Made by a program: the position numbers and the translations under genes. A stretch of 64,000 nt of DNA. Origin: Octopus vulgaris. Lineage: Eukaryota. The notes below the pieces were generated by a model. The model worked only from the letters and a program-made list of their open reading frames with translations, was not told the DNA's origin and searched no databases. The stretch is taken from assembly GCA_951406725.2 (NCBI GenBank), contig OX597822.1:39494001-39558000 (forward strand). The letters run 5' to 3'. Numbering within the stretch: the stretch's first letter is position 1; each line of letters opens with the position of its first letter. This document shows positions 13,531 through 26,594 of this stretch, one piece after another.

Positions 13531-13962
13531 CATTATCATCATCATTATTATTTAAACATAGGTGTGTTTATGGGAATGTATGAGTATGACATAATTATAA
13601 ACATGAAATCTGAATGTAGTTGTGATACAATTTTATATATATACATATATACATATATTTATATGTATATATTTATGTATGCATATATATATATGTATAT
13701 ATGTATATATATACATGTGTGTAAATATATATGTATGTATATGTGTGTATGTATATATATGTGTGTATATGTCTATAGACGTGTTATGCATATATGTAGG
13801 TGCATATATATATGTATGTATATATGTATATATTTATATATATACTTATATGTATATCTATATATGTATATGCTTATGTATACATATATATATATGCACA
13901 TATATATTTATACATACTTATATATTTGTTTGTGTATATACATCTATACATACATACATATA

Positions 13963-14013
<51 letters not shown>

Positions 14014-14069
14014 ATATATATATATATGTATATATATATATTAGTTAATGAGCTCGATGTATGTGTGTG

Positions 14070-14101
<32 letters not shown>

Positions 14102-15117
14102 TGTATGTATGTATCTATGTGTGTATGTATATATATATATATATTTATGTATGAATGCTGTGTGCGATGTATGTATGCATACGTATACATGTGTATGTGT
14201 GTATGTATGTTGGTGGACGTTTGAGAGGACATCGAACCTTCAACTCTTTACACTCTGACGTGAAAACACCAGCTTGCTAGACAAGTTCTCTGCTCTCTGA
14301 TCTCCGGTGTTGGTTGCCGGGCCGCAATGTTGAGGCCGGCGACATGTTTACACGTGGGCGGAGACAACAATCTGCAAATATGGAGTGTATTAATGTCATA
14401 GTTACCTCCCCTGTCACCTTCACTTTCTCTGACACATATGATAATGTCAAGTTTGTCGGGTCAATATGGTTGTCTCACCAATGGCCTATCGCCTCAATGC
14501 GACTGCGGTTCCGCCGCATTGATGTGTGTGTGTGTGTGTTAATGTGTGTGTGTGTGTGTGTGTATACGTGTATGTCTGCGTATGCATGTGTGTATGTACG
14601 AGTATGTATGAGTGTATGTGTGGGGATACATGTTTAGACACGCGCAAATATTCATACATACGTGCATACATACATACATACATACATACATACATACATA
14701 CATACATACATACATGCATGCATGCATGCATACATACATACATACATACATGCATGCATACATGCATGCATACATACATACATACATACATATACATACA
14801 TGTGCATATATATCATATAAATGTGTTTGTTATACATATAAGTATTCATATATAGCAGGTTAATGGGGATATATAATATAAGCACGTTATATTCATATAT
14901 AAGTATATAAATGCCTATACACACACACACGAGCGCGTGCACATACACATACACACGTGCTCGCGCACACACGCACTCACAAACATGTTAGCCATGCGTT
15001 TGTGTATAGCTGTGTATATATGCACATATGCTATTGTCTTTGCGTAGCTATACGTCTATTTATGTGTGCATATCAGCATTATACATGCATTTATATATGT
15101 CTACGTGTTTATATTCT

Positions 15118-15302
15118 ATAAGGAGTGGCTGTGTGGTAAGTAGCTTGCTTACCCACCACATGGTTCCGGGTTCAGTCCCACTGTGTGGCACCTTGGGCAA
15201 GTGTCTTCTTCTATAGCCTCAGGCCAACCAAAGCCTTGTGAGTGGATTTGGTAGACGGAAACTGAAAGAAGCCCGTCGTGTATATACATATGTATATATA
15301 TA

Positions 15303-15370
<68 letters not shown>

Positions 15371-15575
15371 TGTGTGCGTCTTTGTGTATCTGTGCTTATC
15401 CCCCCAGCATCGCTTGACAAACCGATGCTGGTGTGTTTACATCTCTGTAAGCTAGCGGTTCGGCAAAAGAGCGATAGAATACTAGGCTTAGAAAGAATAA
15501 GTCCGAGGGTTGTTTTGTTCGACTATATGTGGTGTTCCAGCATGGCCGCAGTCAAATGACTGAAACATATAAAAG
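15118..15575 (+). mobile_element. SINE family B
   Basis: Full-length homolog with an internal (TA)n run. Confidence 0.85.
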
Positions 15576-16649
15576 AATATGTGTGTGTGCGTGCGTGTAT
15601 GTATATATACGTGTGAGTGTACGTATTCGCGTGTATATGTGTTTGTATGTGTTTTATACGTGTGTATATGTGCGGGCGTGTTATTGTGTATGTGTGTTAG
15701 TGTGTGTGTGTGTGTGTGTGTGCATGTGTATGTGTGTGTGTGTAATGGTGTGCTCGTGCTTGTGTGTGAGTATTCCTGTGAGTGTATATATTCGCGTGTT
15801 TGCGTGTTATTGTGTGTGTGGCTGTGTGCGTGTGTGTGAGTGTGTGTGTGCGTGTGTGTGTGCGTGTGTGTGTGTGTTTTATCCTTTCCTTGTATAGAGA
15901 TCCGGAAGTAAATTGTCAAACAATTTCGTAATAGGAGCCATTATTTCCCGTCGCGCACACCTCTTTACAAACCCACAGAATTTTTTTCAGAATGTGAAGG
16001 TCAAATGGTTGACCCTTTAGATGTCGCACACCTCTTGTCTTTAGAATCCTTCTGATATTTTAGAACATTTGAAGGTCGAATAGTTGGCTCCTAGATGTCA
16101 CCACAGTCGCACTGTCAGTAAAAATTAAAAATAAATAAAGGCCACAGCATATGATGAAAGCAATTATGAATGCATACGATAGATATTTAACAACAGATAT
16201 TAACCTAAAGTTTAAATAACACTGCAATAACTGGTGTTGGTTTGTTTACGTCCCCATCCATTAGCGGTTTGGCAAACAAATCATTAATTAGCGGTTATTA
16301 ACCTGAGTTTATAACAAGATTTTGTGGTTAAAATTCATGTGAAATAAATTGGCTCAGCTTCTATAATGAACTGAATATTTTAATTAATTTTTTTTATTCG
16401 ATTTCTCAGAAATATTTAATTAGAAAAATATTCATCTTTTCTTTCTTTTCTTTTTTTCTTTTCCTTGTTGCAGTCATTTGACTGCAGCCATGCAGCAGCA
16501 CCATCTTTAGTCGAACAAATCGACCCAAGGAATTATTCTTTGTAAGCCTAGTACTTATTTTATCGGTCTCTTTTGCTGGGGTCGTAAACACGCTAACATC
16601 GGTTGTCAAACGATGGTGGGAGTGGGGACAAACACAGCAACACAAATAC

Positions 16650-16682
<33 letters not shown>

Positions 16683-16772
16683 ATTTTAATCCAAACGGGA
16701 AACAAAAAAACAACAACAAGGGAACAATTACAGTATTATTATTAATAGGCGCTCAGGAAATGGAAGCAGGGA

Positions 16773-16810
16773 GGTATGACGTTTCGAGCGGAGCTCTTCG
16801 TCGGAAACAT
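16773..16810 (-). ncRNA. Minimal HHR-like motif (U4C core, weak stem I)
   Basis: ttt-CCGACGA-A-gagc-tcc-gctc-GAAA-CG-TC. Confidence 0.55.
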
Positions 16811-19696
16811 AAAGAAGGAAGAGAGAGGAAAGAAAGATCCCGGAGCGGGCAACGGAGATAGAGAAAAAAACGGCTGGTGTTAGCAGTAGCACATGGTGAA
16901 AGGCGGATGTTTACGATAACAAGAGCAAAGTGGGTTTTTAAAGGCAAAAGAGTGGAGACAAGGTTGGTAACGCAACAGATGTGTGTGTATGTGTGAGTGT
17001 GTGCGTGTGCGTGTGTGTATGTGTGTGTGTGAGGCGAGGTAAAAAAACAAAAAATATATGTATGTGTTAGTGTGTGCGTCTGTGTGTAGGCGTGTGAGGT
17101 AGGGCGAGACGGTGGTCAGCATAGCAGCAGCATAGCAGACAAAGGTCAGTAGTGAGAAAAGGGAGGAAGGAGGAAGGGAGGGAGGGGAAGGGGTGGGGGC
17201 GTATGTAGCGTGCCAGCGTGTGTTGAGTAGTAGTGTGTGTGTGTGTCCAGTGTCGTGGTAGTATTAGTGGCGAGTAGATTGAATGTGTGTAAGAGTGATG
17301 TATATGTTTAAGCAATGTGTGTATATGTGTGCGCGTGTGTGTAACGAAAAAAAAAGGGGGGGGGTTAGGAAAAGGACTCCAGCGGAGGGGAAGATGGAAG
17401 AGTGGTCCCGCGGAGACGGGCGTGGGAAAACCCAACGACAAGCGACATCCCAGGAACGGGCGGGAGGTCTCGTCGGGTCCAAGGGCGAGGTGCATGCGGG
17501 CGCATGCGTGCGCGAACCGGCCCAAACGCGTGTGTGCGCGAGCCTGCGAGTGTGCGCGTACGTATGTGTGCGTGTGGATGTGTGAGTGTGTCTGTGTGTA
17601 TGTCTGGGTGGCAGTGTGTCCGATGAATGTATGTGAGTATGTGTGTATATATGTGTGTGCATAGATGTATGTCCGTGTGTGTGTGTGTGTGTGTATGTGT
17701 GTATGAGTGTGTATGTATGTGCGTGTGGGTGTGGGGAAGTGTGTGTATGTGCATGTGTGTGCGCGAACATACAGGTGTGTGAGTGAGTGCGTGTGTGTGT
17801 ATGTATGTGTGAGTGTGTATGTATGTGTGTGTAGGATGCATGTATGTGTATGGGTGTATGTATGCGTGTGTGTATGTATGTATGTGTACGTGCGTGTGTG
17901 TGTGTGTATGCGTGTAGGTGTGCGCGTGTGCATGCGTGCATGTATGTGCGTATGTGTGTGTGTGTGCATGTGTGTGGGTATATATGTGTGTGCGTATATG
18001 TGTGTGTATGTGCGTACATGTGTGTGTGTGTGCATGTGTGTGTGTAGGTGTGTAGGCGTGTGTGTATAGGTGTATGTATGTAAGTATGTATGGGTGTGTC
18101 CGTGTATGTGTGTATGTATGTGTGTGTATGTAGCTGTGTGGGCGTGTGTATATGTGTGTGTATGTAGGTGTGTAGGCGTGTGTATATAGGTGTATGTATG
18201 TATGTCTGGGTGTGTCCGTGCATGTTTGTGTGTGTGTGTGTGTGCATGTGTATGTAGGTGTGTGTGTACGTGTGTAATGTATGTGTGTATGCGTGTGTAT
18301 GCGTGCGTGTGTGTATGTAGGTGCGTGTGTATGTGTGTGGGAGTGTAGGTGTGTGTGTGCGTGTGCGTGTTTATGTTGGTGTGTGCGTATGTGAGTGTGA
18401 GTGTATGAGTGTTTGTCATGCATGTGTGTGCGCGTGCAGGTGAGTGTGTGTGTAAGTATGTGTGTGTGTATGTTTGTGTGAGTGTGTATGTGTGTATGTC
18501 TGTGTGTATGTATGTGCGTATAGGAGTATGTAGGTATGTGTGTGTATGTATATGGGTGTATGTATGTGTGTGTGTGTGCATGTGTATAAGTATATGCGTG
18601 TGTGCGTATGTGTGTGTATGTGTATGTGTGTGTGTTTATGTATGTGTGTATGTATGTGTGTAGGTATGAGTGTGTAGATGTATCTATGTATGGGTGTGTG
18701 TCAGTGTGTGTTTGTGTGTGTGTAGGTAGATGTGTGTGTCTGAGTGAGGGTATGGCTGTGTAGGTGTGTGTGTGTATGAATGTAAGTGTGTGCGTATACA
18801 AGTGTAATGTATGTATGTGGGTGTGTGTGTGTGTGTGTATGTGTACGTGTGCGTGTGTATGTGTGTGTGTGTATGCGTGTGAGTGTGGGTGTATGGGTGT
18901 ATGTCTGTGTGTGTGTATGTCTGAAGTGGGTATGTGTGTGTATGTATGTATGTGTGTGTGTGTGCGGGTATGTGTGTGTGTGTATGTGTGTGTGTGAGTA
19001 GGTGTGCGTGTATGTATGTGGGTAGGGATGCATGCGAGTGTGTGGGTATGTATGCAAACATACGCAAGCGCACATCCGAAGCAAGCCCACACACACGAAG
19101 CGCGCTCACGCACACAACGCACAAGCAGTGCAACGCAAGCCCAAAGGGGCCGACCGAGCCCCCAGCGCGCGCCAAGGCGCGCGAGCGCAAAGGCCCTCGA
19201 ACGCCCCGCTACGCGGGAACCGAGGATCCATCAGCCAAAACCGGAAAGCAGAAAAGAGGGGGGCTGCCTGGATGCAAAAAGGTGTATGTGTGTGTGCATT
19301 CAGTGTACGGGTGTGCATGTGTGGGTATGTATGTATGTATGTGCCTACATGTATGTGTGCATGTGTGTGTGTGTGAGGTATGTACGTGCGGTGTGTGTGT
19401 GTGAGTGTGTGTGTATGTATGTGCGTATGTATGTGTGTGTGTATGTGTGTATGTATGTCTGTGTGTGTGTGTGTGTGTAAGTATGTATGCGTGTGTGTAT
19501 GTATGTGTGTGTGTATGTGCATGTGTGTCTGTAAGTGTGTGTGATTAAATGTGTGAATGTATGTACGTAGATGGGTCTACGTATGTGTGTGTGTGAACAG
19601 GCGTGTGGGAGGTAGGTAGGTGGGTGGGAGGTAGGTGGGTGGGTGTGTGTGGGTGGTGTGTCCGGAAAAAAAAAAAAAAAAAAAAAAAAAACGGTC

Positions 19697-20173
19697 TCAA
19701 GAGGAGGGGGCTGTGTTAAGTCCGTGTGGGGTGGTAGTTTGTAGGGTGAAGATGTAGCGTTGCTCCAAGTGGAGCCTGGAAAGTGGGCGACCATTGTGGG
19801 GGGCGAGACCAAACACTGAGATGTCATCTCGGGAATGGCCGGCCGAGCGGAAGTGGCGTGCGACGGGAGAAAAAGAGTGTAGGCGAACGTCCCTCAAGTG
19901 TTCAGTGAAACGGTCGGACAACCGGCGTCCCGTCTGACCTACATACAGCATCCCGCATAGGTTGCATTTAATGCAGTAAATAAGGCCAGACGAGGTGCAC
20001 GTAAAAGAGTGCCTAATGCGTACAGTATGCAGGTTGGAGCCGGTGACAGCGGTGGTGTTGGTGATGAAGGGGCAAGTGTTGCAGCGGGATCTAGAGCAAG
20101 GGAATGATCCGTGTGGGGCTGAGGGGGAAGGGGAGAGGGTGCTGTGGACCAGGAGGTCACGCAGATTGCGGGC
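19697..20173 (-). CDS. PLE GIY-YIG endonuclease domain with Cys-rich linker (5'-truncated, 158 uninterrupted codons)
   Basis: ARNLRDLLVHS...PCSRSRCNTCPFI...FTCTSSGLIYCIKCNLCGMLYVGQTGRRLSDRFTEH...VARHF...LEQRYIFTLQTTTPHGLN. Confidence 0.9.
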   Translation of the reverse strand, partial: ARNLRDLLVHSTLSPSPSAPHGSFPCSRSRCNTCPFITNTTAVTGSNLHTVRIRHSFTCTSSGLIYCIKCNLCGMLYVGQTGRRLSDRFTEHLRDVRLHSFSPVARHFRSAGHSRDDISVFGLAPHNGRPLSRLHLEQRYIFTLQTTTPHGLNTAPSS

Positions 20174-20192
20174 TATATATATATATATATAT

Positions 20193-20229
<37 letters not shown>

Positions 20230-20234
20230 CATAC

Positions 20235-20303
<69 letters not shown>

Positions 20304-20306
<3 letters not shown>

Positions 20307-20652
20307 CGGAGATGTACTTGCATAGCAAGTGATTTGATCTGAGAACGTGTGCTGAAACAAAAACAATTGCAACGTGGAAGGTGTTTGTAAGCCATTTAAG
20401 AAACACACAAAAGCCGTTCGATTCACTTCAACATTTAAGTTTAATTTGTCAAAATATTTTCGTCGCTTTAAGACCGCGACCTGTTCACTGACAAAAATCC
20501 GAGATGCAGCACGGATTTTTGTTAGCGAACAGGTCGCGGTCTTAAAGCGACGAAAATATTTTGACAAATTAAACTTAAATGTTGAAGTGAATCGAACGGC
20601 TTTTGTGTGTTTCTTAAATGACTTACAAACACCTTCCACGCTGAAATTGTTT
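20304..20652. mobile_element. Foldback PLE-type repeat between (TA)n runs
   Basis: Arms 20361-20501 and 20512-20652 are nearly identical around a 10-nt loop. A 57-bp extension is present on the left arm only. Confidence 0.85.
20445..20495 (-). ncRNA. Minimal HHR motif, G3-C8 core variant (mirror copy with U4C at 20518-20568, + strand)
   Basis: tttgtca-GTGAACA-G-gtcgc-ggtcttaaa-gcgac-GAAA-ATAT-TT-tgacaaa: 7-bp stem I, 5-bp stem II, palindromic AATATT in place of helix III. Confidence 0.75.
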
Positions 20653-20659
20653 ATTTATA

Positions 20660-20722
<63 letters not shown>

Positions 20723-20729
<7 letters not shown>

Positions 20730-21024
20730 ATCACGTGACCAACCAGACCATCAGATGTTGTTACACATCGCTGGTCACAATGCGTTCGCATTGTTTTAGC
20801 CTTCGAATGACGCCACCCCGCTGGCTAAGCGAGCAGGCCAACAGACGAAAGAGAGAAAGAGTGGTGAAAGAGTACAGCAGGGATCACCCCACCCTCCTGC
20901 CGGAGTCTCGTGGAGCTTTTAGGTGTTTTCGCTCAATAAACACTCACAACGCCCAGTCTGGGGATCGAAACCGCGATCCTGCGACCGCGAGTCCGCTGCC
21001 CTAACTACTGGGCCATTGCGCCTC

Positions 21025-21026
<2 letters not shown>
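20723..21026 (-). mobile_element. SINE family C (tail type 4, ending GGTCACGTGATCACGTGA at (TA)n)
   Basis: Family C head and body. Confidence 0.8.
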
Positions 21027-21083
<57 letters not shown>

Positions 21084-21114
21084 CTGAAAGGAGCCCTTCG
21101 TGTGTATATATATA

Positions 21115-21165
<51 letters not shown>

Positions 21166-21569
21166 TAATAAAAGAAAGAAAAGAAACCCAAAACACAAAA
21201 AAAAATAAGAAAACCAAAACACAGAAAACAAAACAAAACAAAAAGAGTCCCCCCTCAAGTCCTAATGATTCCCCTGACCAACCCTCTTAGTTGTTTTTGC
21301 TTAACAATTGTTTCAGATATTGGCACGTGATTATGAGTTTTGAGGGGAGTAGATAGAGTCGGTTACATCGACTCCTCGGAGTCGGGCAGGAGAGCATTCG
21401 CTCTAAACGGAAAGCTGGTTGCGTAGCAGGGTGGTGCATTTACAGCTGAGTGGACTGCAGCCACGTGAAATAAAGTTCTTCCAGGTCTGGGGATCGAAAG
21501 CACCCACCTTGCGATTGTGCGTGCAACAAATCCGAACCCCTGCTGTGTCACATCACACACCGTAATATA

Positions 21570-23097
21570 CCTATTTCTTGACTACCCACAAGGGGCTAAA
21601 CAGAGAGAGGACAGATATTGGTATTAAGTCGATTATATCGACCCCAGTGAGTAATTGGTACTTAATTTATCGACCCCGAAAGGATGAAAGGCAAAGTCGA
21701 CCTCGGCGGAATTTGAACTTACAACGTAACGACAGACGAAATACGGTTACGCATTTCGCCCGGCGTGCTAACGTTTCTGCCAGCTCGCCGCCTTGACGAA
21801 CACACCGTAATATACCGACGTCGTCATCCTCACACCCTCATCATCCCCGTCGCCAACAAATATAAGTATGAATAAAAACATTGGTTCGGAACTCTCAGTC
21901 GTAGTCTTCCGAAGTGGCGGAAGGCACGAATATAAGAACATAAAGGCAGGTACGTGAGGTGCGATATTTTGGTTCGATGCGCTGCCGATTCCATACATTT
22001 CCCCCTAATAATTCTTTCTACTATAGGAACAGGGCATGGAATTTTGGGGGAGGGGGTCTATTTGATTATATTGTTCCCGGTGTTCAACTGGTACTTATTT
22101 TTTCGACACCGAAAGAAAGAAAGGCTAACTCGACTTCGGCGGAATTTGAACTCAAGACGTAAGGACAAACGAAATGCTGCTAAGCAAATTGTCCGACGTG
22201 CTAACGATTCCGCCAGATCGACTTTACTTTTTATTCTTTCGGGTCGATAAAATGATTTCAAATTTTGGTACAAAGCTACCAATTTCGGGGGTAGATAAAT
22301 TACATACCATTTAAGATCTGTTGTCGGTGTAATCGACTGATAGCATTCCCTAAAAATTGCTGGCCCTGTGCTAAAATCTCAAACCATTATAACTACACTA
22401 GTACTAGACTGAGTTATATTCTATTTAAATTAATAATGAAACCAAAAATGGATCAGAATTGAACGCGGAACAGCTAGCTAAGATACTGTAAGATATTTCT
22501 TTTCTACTTTAGGCACAAGGCCCGAAATTTTGGCGGCAGTGGGGGCCAGTCGATTAGATTGATCCCAGTATGCAACTGATGCTTAATTTATCGACCTCGA
22601 AAGGATGAAAGGCGAAGTCGATCTCAGCGGAATTTGAACTCAGAATGTAAAAGACGAAATACCGCAAAGCATTCCGCCCGGCGTGCTAACGCTTCTTATT
22701 TCTTTATTGCCCACGGCGACAAACAAGGACAGACAAAGGGATTAAGTTGATTACATCGACCCCAGAGCGTAACTGGTACTTATTTAATCGACCACGAAAG
22801 GATGAAAGGCAAAGTCGACCTCGGCGGAATTTGAACTCAGAGCGTAGCGGCAGACGAAATACCTATTTCTTTACTACCCACAAGGGGCTAAACACAGAGA
22901 GGACAAACAAGGACAGACAAACAGATTAAGATGATTACATCGACCCCAGTGCGTAACTGGTACTTATTTAATCGATCCCGAAAGGATGAAAGGCAAAGTC
23001 GACCTCGGTGGAATTTGAACTCAGAGCGTAGCGGCAGACGAAATACTGCTAAGCATTTCGCCCGGCGTGCTAACGTTTCTGCCAGCTCGCCGCCTTA
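21570..23097 (-). mobile_element. Cluster of family A SINEs, including a three-unit tandem array at 22500-23097
   Basis: Repeated GAAAGGATGAAAGGCAAAGTCGACCTCGGCGGAATTTGAACTCAGA blocks. Confidence 0.8.
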
Positions 23098-23473
23098 TAC
23101 TGTGAAATATTTCAACACAACACTGGCAATTGTCACTAACCCACACCTTCCACCACTGCTTCCGCCAGCCCTCTGTTTATAATACTATTATTATTTATTT
23201 AGAATATAACAAGAGCCACTGTTTCGTTTTGAAATGTTATAGACGGCATATTGTTGATTCTATCCACATATTTTCAGCAAATATTTGTAAACATCATGTT
23301 ATGGTCTTATTTAAAACAAACATTTATATGGGGGAACAAGGAAGGGGAAACACTTGTTTATATAGATTATATATTTTTAGCACAGTAATCACAAACACAC
23401 ACGCATATATATACATTTATACGTATGTGTGTATACGTACATAGGTACATGAATGCATATATAGGAACAAATG

Positions 23474-23512
<39 letters not shown>

Positions 23513-23559
23513 GTGTGCGTGTATGCATGTGTGCGTGTATGCATGTGTGCGTGTATGCA

Positions 23560-23635
<76 letters not shown>

Positions 23636-24139
23636 TGTGTCTGTGTATGTGTGAGTACCTTCTTTATTTTCCACTTTTTCAAAAGTTCTATCAGGCTTTA
23701 TTTCGCCATTCAGAAAATCGAACCCCTGCCCTCTCTTTTAGGATTTTCTAGCATCCTACATGGTTTTACCATGTATTGTTTCTTATTTATTCTTTACCTC
23801 TGATTTCGCTTTATTTTCTTCCCGACCGTTTCCTCATTCTTCTTCAGGCCCGATATATTCCCCATCGGCGCAAATTGACAAGTTAAACTTACCGGCCTTG
23901 TTACTGGAGTTTTGACACACATGGCCTCTCTGTGTTGCTAATCTCGTCTGTTTTTTTTTTATTTTTAAGGTGCTGAGGATAAGGCGGCGTCAAAAAGTAT
24001 TCATATTCGTTTTTATTGCTGTCCAGACAAAGATGGGAGCACACCTTCCATGTCCGTTCGGACAGCTAGCACGAAGATGATTTTTGTTGCCGCTGATGTA
24101 ACACTTAGGTATTCTGCCCTGCATCACCATTCTGACGGA

Positions 24140-24299
24140 CTAGTGGACTGACCGACTTGTGGACTGACCGACTAATGGACTGATCGACTAGTGGACTGAC
24201 CGACTAGGGGACTGACCCACTAAGGGGCTGACCGACTAGTGGACTGACCGACTAGGGGACTGACCGACTAAGGGACTGACTGACTAGTGGACTGACCAA
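24140..24299. repeat. 16-bp minisatellite (CTAGTGGACTGACCGA) x10
   Basis: Ten tandem units read directly from the sequence. Confidence 0.9.
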
Positions 24300-24884
24300 A
24301 TAGTGTACCAACTAGTGGATATCTCATCCGGATGAGATGTTCGTAGGGATAGATCTAAGGTTCAAATCAAACATCATAGAAAATTTTCTTGTTGCCAACT
24401 CATGCACTCTAAGTCACTCTTAACCATAGTTCTGCTTTCTTGCCCATGTTCTTAATTGTGATCCCCCAATTAAAGCAGCTAAAATATTGTGGTTCAAGCA
24501 TTTAGATCGCCGGATGGTGTCATAACTATCTACTTACAAGCCTACTCTTCTGCTTTTAATCATCAAATCAATGGAACCATAGCTCTGGCTTCCCCTTGGT
24601 CGAGTAGATCTCCTGCCCTACATTACTGAAGGCCGACTGGAAAACCTCCCTCGGTGACATTTTTAGAGTTGTCCGTTCTTTACAGAAATAAAGAAATATC
24701 ACTTAGCACTTTATTCTCTCTTCCATGAATTTTGGGGGCAAAATTTCGCAAGTTTTACTATTGTTCTATTAAATTCTCTTTTAGGGGAGAAATGTTCAGA
24801 ATCCCTATGTTAATTGTGGCACTGGTGATAAAAATTGTTGTTGGCGACTTTATACTGTCGTTACTAACACCGCTGTTGTTACTG

Positions 24885-25380
24885 CTCAATAAGTATCCGA
24901 ACTGTTGCGATAGTAACGAAGCTAAAGCACGTAGAGTAAAACCGCTCGGCACAGATTGACCTCAAGCTCTGCTGTGCATGCGCACCAAGATTTAACACTC
25001 TAGCTCACTTCCTCTGTTTACAGCAGTGCTTCGAAAGAGCCTGTGTAGCGTGTGATCGTCGCATTGACTACCACAAAGTTGAGCAGAGAATCTGCGTCAA
25101 ATTTTGCTAAAAGCTTGGCGATACCAGCTCACAGGCCTACGTAAAGTTTTCAAAATTTTTTCATCGTTCTCGACACAGTCACGGAGATCTTGTGCGATTG
25201 AAACTCGAGTGTCTTCTTGGTCGGCTGAAAGCAATTTTGGCATAAACTTGGCAGACACGTGTCTCGTACACAAATCTTCAGTGATAATGGACTGAACTGA
25301 ACCGTAACTGTCCTGCACATCTGATAACTTACGGATATATATATCTACTGATGTTACCAACCCTCGCAATTTAGACACGA
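24885..25380. mobile_element. Rearranged mariner derivative
   Basis: The + strand has EQRICVKFC*KLG (transposase N-terminus). It is joined to a - strand segment SYGSVQSIITEDL...VSAKFMPKLLS. Confidence 0.7.
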
Positions 25381-25601
25381 CCGTTGTACTTCTATGCCAA
25401 GAGTGTATTTAAAAATATAAGAATTTGTTCATGTATTTTATGGGACCGTGAAAATGAGGAATCGATCCCTGAAAATATAGGTTTCTGAAAATACACAGGT
25501 CGATCTCACTTATTTGCTTCTTACAGAAAAATATAAGAATTTAGCTTCCGTCGAGGCAAAAACTCGTTTACTAAAAATATCACAAAGGTAAGTTCACGTT
25601 A

Positions 25602-25694
<93 letters not shown>

Positions 25695-25834
25695 GTCACT
25701 TTGTCCGTCTGTTGTCTGTCTGTGTAAGTATGTACATTTGTATCCATCCATCCATCCATCTAGCCATCTATCCATCCATCCGTTTGCCTGTCTGTCTGTC
25801 TCTATATATGTATATATATCTATATATATATATA

Positions 25835-25894
<60 letters not shown>

Positions 25895-25910
25895 TATACA
25901 TACATACATG

Positions 25911-25944
<34 letters not shown>

Positions 25945-25947
<3 letters not shown>

Positions 25948-26512
25948 GAATGAGTCAAAAAGTAATGCCACTTTGTTTAGGACAGGTATAATTACTAACA
26001 CAGGAACATGTATCATGCATCAAAATGAAGCTGGTCCTCTATGAATCACACCTCTACTTCTTAACATAGTCACCGTTTCTCTCAATAGCAATGTTGCACC
26101 TTCGAATGAGAGCATGTATCCCTGCCCCGTAACCTTCTGTTGACTGTTCTTTGAATCACTTCTTCACCACAGTTTTCAATTCCTTGTCATTAGAATAATG
26201 TTTGCCTCACAAACCCTCTTTCATGGGGCCGAAGAGATGATAGTCTGAAGGCGCTAAATTATTCCAGTGACGAGAAAGTGAAAACTGTAGCGAAGAAGTG
26301 GCTTAAAGAACAATCAACAGAATTTACAGGGCAGTGATACATGCTCTCACTCGAAGGTGGAACATTGCTATTGAGAGAAACGGTGACTATGTTGAGAAGC
26401 AGGAATGTGATCCACAGAGGACCAACTTCATTTTGATATATGATACCTGTTCCTGTGTTGGTAATTATACCTGTCCTAAACAAAATGGCATTACTTTTTA
26501 ACTCCCCCTCGT
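25945..26512. mobile_element. Mariner-derived MITE built from two inverted 3' ends
   Basis: ~250-bp inverted arms ending GAGTCAAAAAGTAATGCCA / TGGCATTACTTTTTAACTCCCCCTCG. The - strand of the left arm reads NLAPSDYHLFGPMK...IERNGDYV. Confidence 0.85.
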
Positions 26513-26526
26513 CTCTCACTCTCCCC

Positions 26527-26583
<57 letters not shown>

Positions 26584-26594
26584 AGGATATATAT

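Larger units (their letters stand above)
16681..20173 (-). mobile_element. 5'-truncated Penelope-like element (Neptune-like): endonuclease domain, ~2.7-kb CA-rich spacer, and pLTR with HHR, inserted in (TA)n
   Basis: Both ends abut (TA)n. GIY-YIG frame at 20173-19697. The terminal ~190 bp is homologous to 45240-45430 and carries an HHR motif. Confidence 0.75.

Noticed and set aside
17067-19122. 504-aa and 585-aa His/Thr/Tyr-rich ORFs
   Set aside because: Alternating purine-pyrimidine repeats cannot form stop codons (all are YRR), so long ORFs are expected. No domain content.
20304-20730. Near-identical ORFs on both strands (MEGVCK...)
   Set aside because: A by-product of the DNA palindrome, with no protein motif.
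24140-24299. CRISPR-like array
   Set aside because: The units are contiguous with no unique spacers, there are no cas genes, and the context is eukaryotic.
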